Below are positions 22,220-32,699 of a stretch of 51,929 nucleotides of DNA, piece after piece (the stretch's first letter is position 1; each line of letters begins with the position of its first letter). This DNA comes from Psammoneis japonica (taxonomy: Eukaryota): positions 1 through 51,929 of the forward strand of contig QPGO01000341.1 of NCBI GenBank assembly GCA_008632985.1, written 5' to 3'. The translations under genes and the position numbers were made by a program. Below the pieces are notes generated by a model. It was not told the DNA's origin, made no database searches, and was given only the letters and a program-made list of their open reading frames with translations.

Positions 22220-23790
22220 AGAAATTGAAGACAGCTGGGTGCAAGAAAACAATGGCTCCTTGCTGCTGTCTAAACAGCAGATGAGTCTCCATGCAGAGAC
22301 CGTCACATGAGCTGAAAGACTGGTGTCGTTGACATCGGTGCCACTGTCATTGTTCTTGTGAGCCGTGTGGCTTAAAAGCAAACTGAATTGTGCACTGCGG
22401 AACTGAGAGCACACACAATTGTGTGTGACAAACCAAAATCTTGTTCAAATCCCATCACTCCCCGGTTTGCTTGAGGGGTCAACAGCGATGGATTTGAGGT
22501 CAGATTGGTTGAAAGCCTTGGGATCAAAGTTCCAAAACATCAGAGGACAAAGGAGGTTCCAGACTTGGGAGCAACCCCAATGCTTGCCAAGGATGTCAGC
22601 TGAGTTGCGGGAGCCTTCAATGAAAACAAAACTCAAGGAATCCAGAGGCAATCGCCTCATGCACATGATGGAAAGAGAGGGCGGTGTGTCGCTTGTGTGA
22701 CTTGGAGTGCAGGATGGTGGCACTCTCCACAACCAACTTGTTGTCACCAAACATGTGACATGTTTCACAAATGGGGATGCCAAGGCAACACAAAGTGGTG
22801 CGCAGATCAATGATCTGCTCAACGCCTGTCCTTGCGGCAACAAACTTGGATCCATGCGCAGCAGTCTCCACTGTTGCTTGTTTCTTAGAGAACCAATCAG
22901 CCGGGAACTTGTTGAGGAAATGGAGGATGCCAGTGACAGAAGGTCCAGTGAGCATGCAATGGAACAAGCTCACATCAAGATGCGCTCCAGCTCCAGGTGG
23001 GATCTCACACTGCTGCACTGTGACATCAACAGTTTTTTGGATCGCATCGCATGTCGTGCACTCACATTTCCATGTGTTGTGTTCCATGAAATTGTTTCAC
23101 ACTCCCTGTTTTGTGAAGCCAAAGGCTTTCCATTTTCAACATTTGTGAGAATGAAAATGCACTGGGTGTGTTCTTTGATGTCTGTGGAATGTGCCCAGGC
23201 AAACTGTCAATGATGTGCTGCAAGCATGAAGGAGGAGATGCATTTGTGAAATTGCCTCTTTTTCTGTTGGCAATCATTCACATTGTCATTGCAGGACAAA
23301 TTTACTGTGAAGCTTGCACGTGGAATTCTGCAGGCCCAACGTCACACGGAGTCCCACCCAGGACTTGAACCCATCTCAACGCAGTGTGTCATGGCAAAGA
23401 ACTTGCCAAGTGGCTCAGGCACATCTTGTGGGAGCAGCTCTTCTGCCTCCCCATGCACAGATTGGGCCCAGCCATGCACAGCCTTGGGAAGGTCCAAACA
23501 GTTGGGCTCCTTGGTGTGCACTTGTAGAGGGCACCATGCATGACGCATCTTTGAGAGGAATCCACAGATGCATTTGACATGGTCTGGGTGGCCTCGGTGG
23601 GGCACTGCACAGAAGCTAGACAGGGACATGACAGCCGCAGTGATGTCAATGTGACCAAGAGATGTGGCCCATTGCAGGGAACCAATCAAGGATTGGAGTT
23701 GGTGGATGCCCTCTGGCTCAAGCAATTTGGGGGTGTCAAGCTCAGGCTGGTCTCCCTTGTCAAGAATTGCTGAAGCTTCCACCCGGAATT
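22220..23790 (-). mobile_element. Copia/Ty1 (CoDi-like) element A: 3' part with RT C-terminus, RNase H, PPT and 3' LTR start; left boundary approximate
   Basis: 'GDQPELDT...QSLIGSLQW', 'SVTGILHFLN...WFSKKQATVETAAHGSKFVAA...MFGDNK...KRH...ADILGKHWG'. The PPT GGGGAG (22458-22463) abuts TG at 22457. Confidence 0.9.
22979..23375. mobile_element. 397-bp non-autonomous TIR element (MITE) inserted in Copia A
   Basis: Imperfect TIRs gatgcgctccagctccaggtggga / revcomp gatgggttcaagtcctgggtggga, with TCAA on both sides. Removing it restores the Copia frame 'THCVDVSLFHCMLTG'. Confidence 0.8.
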
Positions 23791-24180
23791 TGAACTTGAC
23801 AAGCTTTTCAGCAGGCAGAAAACAATGGATTCATGCTGCAGTCATCCAAAGCTCTTTTTGTGTGTGTGCGGGATTGAACCACATGACAGCAAGGCCAATG
23901 GCCAATTGAAGTGCAACAGCACTGGCTGTCTCCTGTTTGCATTTTGATGGATCCACCAAGTAAATTGTGGCATGTCCCTCCAACTTCAGCGGCAATGACA
24001 AAAGTTCCAGGGAGTGCAGCAGGGTTCTGGTCCAGCAACTGTGCGTGCTGATGCCATTTCCAAGTTTCAAGGGTGGTTGCCAAGTGCCAAGAACAGCGCA
24101 CAGCTTTGCACAGTGCGGCAAGAAAGGAGTGCACCGACTCAGTTGCGTCAGTCAGGGAAATCGACACAAGGATGTGTCCC

Positions 24181-24405
24181 TGCGATGACTCTCATCTGAG
24201 AGTTTGGGGGAGTTGACTGAAGGTTGAATGACAAGTGCATTGCTGGCGGCAGGGCTGACAACAGCAACAGAATTGATGAAGCTGCCAATGTCTTGTTACA
24301 CTGGATGTTGTAATTGTGAGAAGTTCTTGAGAAAAGCAAGGTGGCAAACTGCATGCACAAGCACAAAAGTGCGCAAATCGCGCATGAGTTTGCACTGTGT
24401 TGGCA
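24181..24405 (-). repeat. 3' LTR of Copia B
   Basis: TG...CA termini; ungapped match to 31137-31361; adjacent PPT GAGAGGGAG at 24406-24414 on the minus strand. Confidence 0.92.
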
Positions 24406-26801
24406 CTCCCTCTCAAACAAAGGAGCTGCCAACCGCAAAGCAACTTAAGAACAGACTTGAATTTAACAGTGACGAGCCCTTTGGTCACAATGTCAGTGTG
24501 TTGCAAGTCTGTTGTGATCTTGGATGCAGTGACTTGGTTTGGTTTCAGCTGTGAACGAAACCAGCGACACTTGATTGCACAGTGCTTGGATCTTGGTGTG
24601 ACTTGGCCAGGTTCCATGTTGGCCAGAGTCAAAGCTCCAGCATTGTCCTCCCACACAGCGGTCCTGATGGTCTTGGTGGTTCTCAGACCAACTCCAATGC
24701 CTTGAGAAATGGCTTGCATGGTGCAAAGGAAGGGAAGGACAGTTTTCATGCAAGTGGAGAGAGCGCTGCACTCTGCCTCCATTGTTGAGAGTGTGATCTC
24801 AGGTGCAAGCTTGCCAGGCTGGATGACAGGACAGTTCGAAATGCAAATGACGAATCCTGTTTGGCTCTTGACACAAGCCAGGTCTTGCTTGTCTTCATCA
24901 TGTGGCCACAATCCAGCAAAATCTGAGTCCACAAAGACATCAATGTTGAAGTCACCTCATGGCTTGAGGATCAAACCTTCCTCAAGCATCCATTTTGAGC
25001 ATCTGCCAATCCTTTCAAGGGCCAGTTCATGCAAGCAGCGTGGACTGTGAACAAATTGTGCTGCAGAGCTAACTGTGCAGGTGATGTCAGGCCTGGAATG
25101 GCCTTGAAGATGCTGGCATGATCAAAGGCTCCATTCGGCGGGTCTCCACCAGTGTTCTTGACCAATGGAGCAGCCAGTGCAGGCGTTTGGGCCTTTGGCA
25201 GATGGCCTGCATTGAGGGCTTTGATGACACATCTGGCTGGACCGCTCTGAGTGAGCTTGACAGTGCCATCGTTGGTGTCGCTGTCAATGTGTGCACCTGA
25301 AAAGCCTGCAATGGAATCTTTGACTTCGATGGCCAGACCGCCATTGACTTTGAGTTTTTTGACACCACGTTGATGTGCTCTTGCTTTGGAGAAAAGAACA
25401 ATGTGTCGTCAACATGCACAAGGCAGATGACTTTGTCAGACACAAAGAGACACGGATCAACATCATCCTGTGATTAAAATCCGGTGTCTTTCAATTTTGA
25501 TTTAAGGTGCAGGAAGAAATTTCGTGGTCCTTGATTGAGACCATGCATGGTGCCTGGAGCATCCTCGTGGCATTTGTGTGAACATGCCAGAGCATCCCCG
25601 CTCTTTGGATGTCATGGCATCCCATTTGGGATCCTTGTCAATTGGAGCATGCACAAAAGCAGCAACACTGTCGACTTGCTTGGTTGAGAGCTCCAGAATT
25701 TGGGAAAGCACAAGCATCAACTGCGCTGTTGTCCAATTGACAACTGGAGCAAAGGCATCAAAGCAATCAACACCCTCCAATTGCTCATCACTGCAGACAC
25801 AGAACCGGGCTTCACATTTTCGGATTGCACCATCAGGGTGCCATTTGCATTTGAAGGCCCAAGTGGATGGCAAGACATTCATCCAGTCTTGGCAGTCAAC
25901 TTCTTCCCAGGCGTCTTTTCCATTGACAAGGGAATCAATTTCAACATCACAAGCCTTGAGACAGGCTGCACAATTGGGTCCACTCATTGCTTCTTCCCAA
26001 GTGGGGTCATCCACAGAGTTTGCATTGGCTGCAAGGGCTAAAGGACGCATCTCCTTGAGTGCACCATGGACTTGATCGGCATTTTTGTTGAAGACATTGA
26101 TCATTGCACGTAAGTCTTTTGACCCCGGTGCGTTTGTGATGCCATCCCATTGCAGTGCCATCAAAAACTGCTCATTCAGTGCACCTGACTTTGCTGAGTG
26201 TTTGGGATTCTTGCAGGCAGTTGGCAATTCGTTGGACGGAGTTCGAGTGTCAGCTTTCACAGCTTCAATGAGACGGTCTGGTTTCTTGACGGTTCAGCCG
26301 CTTCAAGTCCAAGCAGGAGTTGCAGTGGCATTTTGAGCCAATTGGAGAGGCTCTGCTTTGTCAGAACCAAAATCCAGGTTGTCAGGTGAGTCGTGATGAT
26401 CAACAAGTGATGATTTGCAGTTGCTGTCATCACTGAACCCATCAATTTCGACTCCCTCTGGAGCCTCTAAAGTCACAGATTCTAGATCATCCAATGATTC
26501 TGCATTGTTGGTGGGAAGCTCTCCCTCTGGAGCTGAGACAGAAGAGGCAGGAGTTGGAGGAGGAATGCTGGCAGAGTGTTGTTGTTGTCACAACTTGCAC
26601 ATCTGACAACAGCTCTTGCGGTGGCGGCACTCTTCTGGCATCAGCCAATTGTCGCGTGTCACCAGGAGTTGGTGGCGAGGGTCCCAGGAGGGCTCTTGTG
26701 CGTGAGCATGGTTGACTGCAGAGTCAGCAGTGAGCAGGGATTCCCAGACGTTGGCGGAGAATGGGGCATCTTGGAAGAATCCCCCAGAGTCGCTGTTGGG
26801 T

Positions 26802-27248
26802 TGCAGCATGCATGCAGACAAAAGGTTGTTTTTGTCACGCCCTTTGTGACATTTAAAGGCTGCAACACGTCGCCGTGACACATTGGCTCTTGCCAGCAGC
26901 TGTGTGTTGCACTCCTCCCCATGTGTCACGCGTCCATGCGGCTCTTTACTGACGTGTGCTGACACTGCACGGTTTTGGCGGAACAGTGTGGGTACGTGCG
27001 AAGGAACACACAGAACTGCACAGAGTTTTGCGCGTTCGACAGTGATCAACGTTGCTGCAGACAACTCCCACTCAGGGTTTCGAACCCCTGGCCTCCTGCC
27101 CAATGGTTGCGATGAACCACTCCGCTGTGAATTCACAATGCAGCATGCATGCAGACAAAAGGTTGTTTTTGTCACGCCCTTTGTGACATTTAAAGGCTGC
27201 AACACGTCGCCGTGATACATTGACTCTCATCAGTGGCTGCACATTGCA
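26802..27248 (-). mobile_element. 447-bp mini-LTR element (TRIM-like): 110-bp LTRs (26802-26911, 27139-27248), PPT and 4-bp TSD
   Basis: Both repeats run TGCA...TGCA. PPT GGGGAGGAG at 26912-26920 (minus). GGGT at 26798-26801 and 27249-27252. It interrupts the Copia B integrase region. Confidence 0.88.
27063..27134 (-). other. tRNA-like sequence with Pol III A-box and B-box inside the mini-LTR element (not a canonical tRNA)
   Basis: Minus strand: CAGCGGAGTGG (A-box-like; GCG/CGC D-stem), then GGTTCGAAACCC (B-box; T-loop TTCGAAA). The anticodon arm is poorly formed. Confidence 0.6.
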
Positions 27249-30200
27249 GGGTGCCATTGAAAAGTGGTCATCATGGACCACATGGTGTTGGGGGCCAACA
27301 AAGCCTGTCGTGAGATTGAGGATCAGGCCAATGTCAGTGGAGGGTGCTGGGGACATGCCAAGGCAAGTTTCTGATGGAGTGGGAGAAGCTCCTTTTGACC
27401 TGGCATAAGGTTCTGGTTGGTTTGCGAAGTGATGGACAAAAAGGTGTTCAGCTGGAAAGTGGTGCTGACAGGAGCCACATTGCATTTGGAGACTCCGGCA
27501 GATGTCGGGTCGGACATCATCATGAAAGGCAGGTCGCTGTCCTCATTGCATGGAAACTCAAGGGCATCACCACTTGGGAGAGTCAGTGTGGTTTCATTGC
27601 CACCTGCCAAACATTCACCTTGATTGCCATTTTTTAAAAGTGGGGCTGAGGGCTGAAAAGGTGAACGGAAGCATCAGGGATGCAATGAGCCTCACAGTTC
27701 TGATGGTGCAAACAACATTCCAGCAGTTGATTGTGCCCCATTCCACGTGACCTTGACCAACTGCTTGGGCGGCAGAGGACAAACCATTGACAGTGGTCAA
27801 TTCAGCGGGTTCCAGGGGGCCAGCAAAGTCACTCAAATGCGGAGCGAGGGAAGAAGAGGCGCCATTGTGGAGTGCCACGAGCGCATCAACAGGTGAGGCT
27901 GATGACAGAGCTTGACATTGGGAGCTGTCAAGTTGTTGCAAATTGGCTGGCAACTTGATTGGTCTCATCATGTTGTCAGAGAGCCAGGGTGGATCCAGCA
28001 AGGATGCATCAGCAAGGGATGGTCCTGTTTTCAAGGTTTGGCGGGAGAACACAGCTGCTCTGCCAAAGCCACCACTCAAGCAGGTTGCTGCTGTCACATG
28101 GGACAGGTTGGTGGCAACACAAGAGAGTGTTGGTGCTTCACCTCAAGCATGCAACACATCCGATGAGGCAAGTGCTTTGATCATGTGAAATTGTGCAAGT
28201 GGATTGATGCCTTGCACAAACTTGTCTGATGGGGTGCCACACTGCATGTCACACACAATCCAAGTTTGGTGTGGCAGTCGGTGTTTGATGTGGAAGTGCT
28301 CCTTGAGTTTGTGTTCTTTGGGGTCTTCAGGTGGTGCAAAGTTGGATGGATTTGAATCAGCAGGGTCAGATTCTGCAGTTTTAGTCCACAGACAATTGCC
28401 CAATGGATCAAGCAACATGACAAAATTGGTTGGCATTGCACCGTGTGGCAAATCGCACATCTTGTAGGGCAGATGCAGCAATTGAGCACAAGCTTTGTTG
28501 GCTTCTTGGATGGGATCAACGCAAGCAAACCTGGGTTTTTTTGGCTTCGGAGGTTTGATTCGACGTTTTGATTTTAACAATTTTGAGGACTTGGATTGAC
28601 GACACTGCTTGAAATCCTGTTCTTCAATGGCAGTGTTGTCAGGAACTGGCACGCAACATGTTTGGAGCCAAGTTGTTGGATGGTGGAAAGATTGCAAGGG
28701 ATCTCTTCATGGGTGTCGAACTGGACAACGGCACAAATGACGCATGTGCGCATGATGGTTTAATTTGTGGTGCGATTGATGATGATGCGGATGTTGATGC
28801 AAGGTGTGCTCCAAAGATGGGGTGACAACAAATGCAGGCATCTTGTCATGTGACAGCAAAGGATTCTTGGAAAAGAGCAGCAAGTGGAAAAACACTGCAG
28901 AATGGCAGAGACGGCTGTGTCTCCTCCCTCTCAAAGAATCTGGAGAGCAAACCACAGGAAGAGGGACTGCGCCGCAGTCACATGAGCCTGGATGTCCCTT
29001 CCAGGACAGCAAGATTGGAGAGGGGTGGGCTGTGCACTTGAGAAGGGAGGTGCACCCAAAGCTTCAAGAGAAGGAAGCAAAGAGACCCTTGATGGTCTCA
29101 GTGACCTCGTGCTGAGCATTTGCAATGGCCACTTCATGTTCAAGATTAGGAGCAGAAGCAGGGGCTGGAGCAGGGGCTGGGGCAGGAGTGGGTGCGGCCA
29201 GAGGTGCAGCAGCAGCACCAGTGACTTGAGCCATGGGACACCAGCACTTGGTCTTGCAATGATGACAATGATCTCTACCATCAATGTTGTGGCAACTGTC
29301 GTTGTTCTTTTTGGCTTCAGTCGGTGGCTGCCACTTCTTGGGAATGGTTTCTGTGGGTTCACCATCCCTCTTGGCTGAAGTGTCATTCTTGCTCTGGGCT
29401 CATTTTGCATCAAAAAAACAGTTTCTTGTTGGCATGAACTCAAGCCTTGTCAACAGGCTTCTTGCAATCAGACAAGGTGTGTGGACCACTGCAATTGAAG
29501 CATGTGACCACACCAGTGACAAAGGAGGTTGCACTCTTCTTGGTGGTGTGACACCTGACCACTTGTTGGAAGAGACTGGAGACAAATGCTGTTTCTTGGC
29601 AAATTCAAGAAGATCAGAAACTGAAGGTGTGTCAGCCATTGTGGTCATCAGCATGCAACGGGACTTGAACTTGTTGACCTTGGTGTCTTTGGCAAGATGG
29701 TCAAACAGTTCATTGAACTCAGGGACACTTGAAGTTTGAAAGACTTCAGCAAGTTTCTACATGAAGTTGGCGGGAATGACAGATTGACCCTTCTGATCTT
29801 GAAGATTTTTGAGTTGTGAACATCCACCATGGATGAGAGAGACAACTTTGCTTGCATCTTTGCCGTCAAAGTTGGATGTCTTGAGGTTGGACATGGCAGC
29901 AACCAAGTGACAAGCAGCCTCTTCTGAGTTGCTCTAGAGGAGCTTCATCACAAGGATGAAAAACAAAGGTCCACCTTGCTCCTCTTGTGAGCACTTGAGG
30001 CAGGTCTCGTTGACTTTCTTCTGAAGGGTGCACAAAGCATTCCTTTCAAAGCAGCCACTGGTGAGATGAAGGTTTTGGCTGGCCCAAGTCCCATTGGGAT
30101 CCTCAAGCATCACAGCGTGCCACTTGTTGCCAGCGGTGACTTCCTTTTTGGTGACAGTGGAGTGTTCCGAGCAAAGGTCATGAGTCGTGCAGGTGTCAGG

Positions 30201-30666
30201 ATTGATGACTTGGAAAATGTCACTCATGTTGCACTTGACATGATTCGACCACATGGTTGTGATGGACACAGCCAGATCACGAGCATCTTTGAGTCATCAC
30301 TCATGTCATGCTTGGCATGATTTGACCACCTGGCCGTGAAGGACATGGCCAGATCATGAGCATCTTCAAGCTTGTCTGGATTGTTGATGTTGAAATTGAG
30401 CAAGTTGAAGTGCATCTGGTGCTTGGCAATGGCTTTCAGAAACAGATTGTTGAGCTTGTCAGGGTCCAACTTGTCCCTCTGCTCTTTTGTGTGGAGAGCA
30501 GCAAGGGTTTCCTTGGATGCTTTTGGTGTCACGTGGACATTCACCTTCCATCGGTGCATCTCCACCACAGTTGACATGGTGCTGGCTGGCAGAGTCGCAG
30601 CACTGCTGGCTGGCAATGGAGGCAGATTAATTGTGCTGGACAAAGGAGAAGGGCTGGTCATTCGTG

Positions 30667-31010
30667 TCATGCAGGCTGTGCGAGAAAGCGCAGGTTCTTT
30701 GGATGATGGTCAGTGGTGTTGCTGTTGTCAGCTTGAATTTGAGCCCACTGTTCAGTCATGCAAGTGACAGCAGCCTGTCGGTCTTGGACAGTGATGGTAC
30801 GACAAAAGTTTTGAATTTCGTTTGCAACAACCACACGATCGCCAACGCGAAAATCCGTGACGGTCAACTCTCGGTTGGTTGAAGTACAAGCAGTGCCGAC
30901 TCGTTCAAGGTTCTGTTGATCAATTTTGTCTGTCATGTGACAAATGAGGTTGGCTTCTTGCAGTTGAAGTGCTTGCAGTTGTTTGATGAGGTCATTGAGA
31001 ACAGCAGAAC
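30667..31010 (-). pseudogene. Small ORF upstream of Copia B gag: coiled-coil followed by a KOW/SH3-like motif
   Basis: 'LNDLIKQLQALQLQEANLI...FRVGDRVVVAN...HHPKNLR', between the PBS and gag; its stop overlaps the next ATG at 30670. Confidence 0.5.
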
Positions 31011-31124
31011 GTCAACCGGACATCGATGTTCTGAAAGAAGAAGTGTACGTAAAAATGTACAGAGCTCAATTCTTGTCCAACTGAGAGAATGAGATGAGCG
31101 CAGGAGTCATCAAGCATGATGCTT

Positions 31125-31136
31125 GGGCTCCTAACC
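31125..31136 (-). other. Primer-binding site of Copia B, GGTTAGGAGCCC
   Basis: Directly follows the 5' LTR on the minus strand. One mismatch from GGTTATGAGCCC, the internal initiator-tRNA-Met (half-tRNA) PBS type of Ty5/Drosophila copia. Confidence 0.75.
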
Positions 31137-31361
31137 TGTGACAACTCTCATCTGAGAGCACAGGGGAGTCGACTGAAGGTTGAATGACAAGTGCATTGCT
31201 GGCAGCAGGGCCAACAATGGTGACAGAATCGACAAAGCTGCCAATGTCTTGTTGCACCAGATGTTGTAATTGTGAGAAGTTCTTGAGAAAAGTGAGGCAA
31301 TGAACTGCATGTGCAAGTGTAAAAGCGCACAAATTGCGCATGAGTTTGTGCTGTGTTGGCA
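31137..31361 (-). repeat. 5' LTR of Copia B
   Basis: TG...CA termini, 225 bp, matches 24181-24405. Confidence 0.92.
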
Positions 31362-31749
31362 GTTGGCAAGTGTTGGAAGAGGTTTTGCGTGTGAACAAGA
31401 ACAAGAACAGCTCTGCTGATGCAAGAATGAAAGCCGGTGTGCAGAGAGCGCGATGCCCATTCTTTCTTTTTGACCAGAAGACTGCTCCTTTGTGGGCAAG
31501 AATTGGAGGAGGTGTTGTGTCTCACACTCATCACATTGGCTCACCCATGGTTGAAAAAACACATTGGAGCCATGCCATGAATGCAGATCCTTCCACCAAC
31601 CTGACCACATTGTGCCAGTTTGTGCCAACACAACAAAAAATGATTGCAAAATCTTGTTTGGTGCTGAGGTGCTTGCTCTGGAAATGGCTGGAATTGACAC
31701 AACAACTGCACATCTTTTCCACAGTTTTGGCCAATGACTTGCCCTTTCT

Positions 31750-31900
31750 GTGAAAGGAGGAGTGTTTCCAGAGCAGCTGCGCCAGAGCTTGTGACAAAAT
31801 GTGTGCAACCTCATTGGGAAGCACTGCTCTCACCTTGAGGACAATGGCACAAGCACTCTGCTTGTCAGCTGCCAAGTCTAGAAAAGAAACAAAGACTTCC
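31750..31900 (+). repeat. Dispersed eroded repeat, homologous to ~35615-35780
   Basis: Shared 'gagtgtttccagagcagctgc...gagcttgtg...tgcaacct...ctctcacct...tgtcagctgc...agaaaaga...caaagacttcca'. Confidence 0.75.
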
Positions 31901-32699
31901 ACTGCCAGTGTGGACTCAGTTTGGCTCTGCCGCAGGATTCCCCAAAATTCCCCAGAGCCAGAACCCCGCCACCTTTTGCCATGATTTTCCATGGGAAGCA
32001 CAATTTCCTGGGAAGTTGCCATGAGTGCCGCCTCATCATGTGTGCACTTGAGCCATGGACATTGGTCAATGCATTGGCAACTCCCCCTGCACTTCCCCTC
32101 TTGTGCATTTCCATGCCTTTCATGTGCCAGGATGTGCAGAGCCACATGCCAGATGCAGACAATCACTGCAACAACAAAAATGAGTGACACATCATGGCGC
32201 ACTCATTTCCCATTTGTGGTGCTTTTGTCCAACAATGGCGACACAAGTTGATTCAGTGAACAGTGCTGATTTGCTGTGATCTGCAGCACAAAGACAAGAT
32301 GAAGCATCTGCAGAACAGCGCAATTGATCGTTGGTCATCAGTTGTTCTTTTGTCTGTGACATTGTGCATGTGTTCATGTGTCAGCATGCCTCAAGCCACA
32401 AGACAATGACTTGTGACTGTGACTGCCATCAACTGCTCAACCACCTTCAGACAATCAATGCAAACCCAATCAAGAATTTCAGGGTGCAAATCAAGAAGGG
32501 AACTCACTTTGTTCTTGTTCTTGTGCCAACAAAATCTTCTTGTTTGTGTCAAGTCTTTGGCCCCTGTTCATCTGTGTTGCCTCTTTTGGCACACATTCTG
32601 GTCACTTCTTGTTTCTTTGCAACTCTTGTTGGCTGTCAAGCAGTGTAACTCATCTTCTCACAATTTAGAAATTGACAAAACCAAACACTGCATGATTGT

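Larger units (their letters stand above)
24181..31361 (-). mobile_element. Copia/Ty1 (CoDi-like) element B with both LTRs; gag, protease, partial integrase, RT and RNase H, all decayed
   Basis: RT 'VLPSTWAFK...ARFCV...EGVDCFDAFAPVVNW', 'HVDD' (25405-25416), RNase H 'DSDFAGLW...LSTMEAEC...WEDNAGAL...RSKH', integrase 'LNLTTGFVGPQHHVVHDD'; flanked by 225-bp LTRs. Confidence 0.95.

Noticed and set aside
23346..23372. SINE suggested by GGTTCAAGTCC (B-box-like)
   Set aside because: The motif lies in the MITE terminal inverted repeat and no upstream A-box is present.
27063..27134. Functional tRNA gene
   Set aside because: The anticodon and acceptor stems do not form properly; kept only as tRNA-like.
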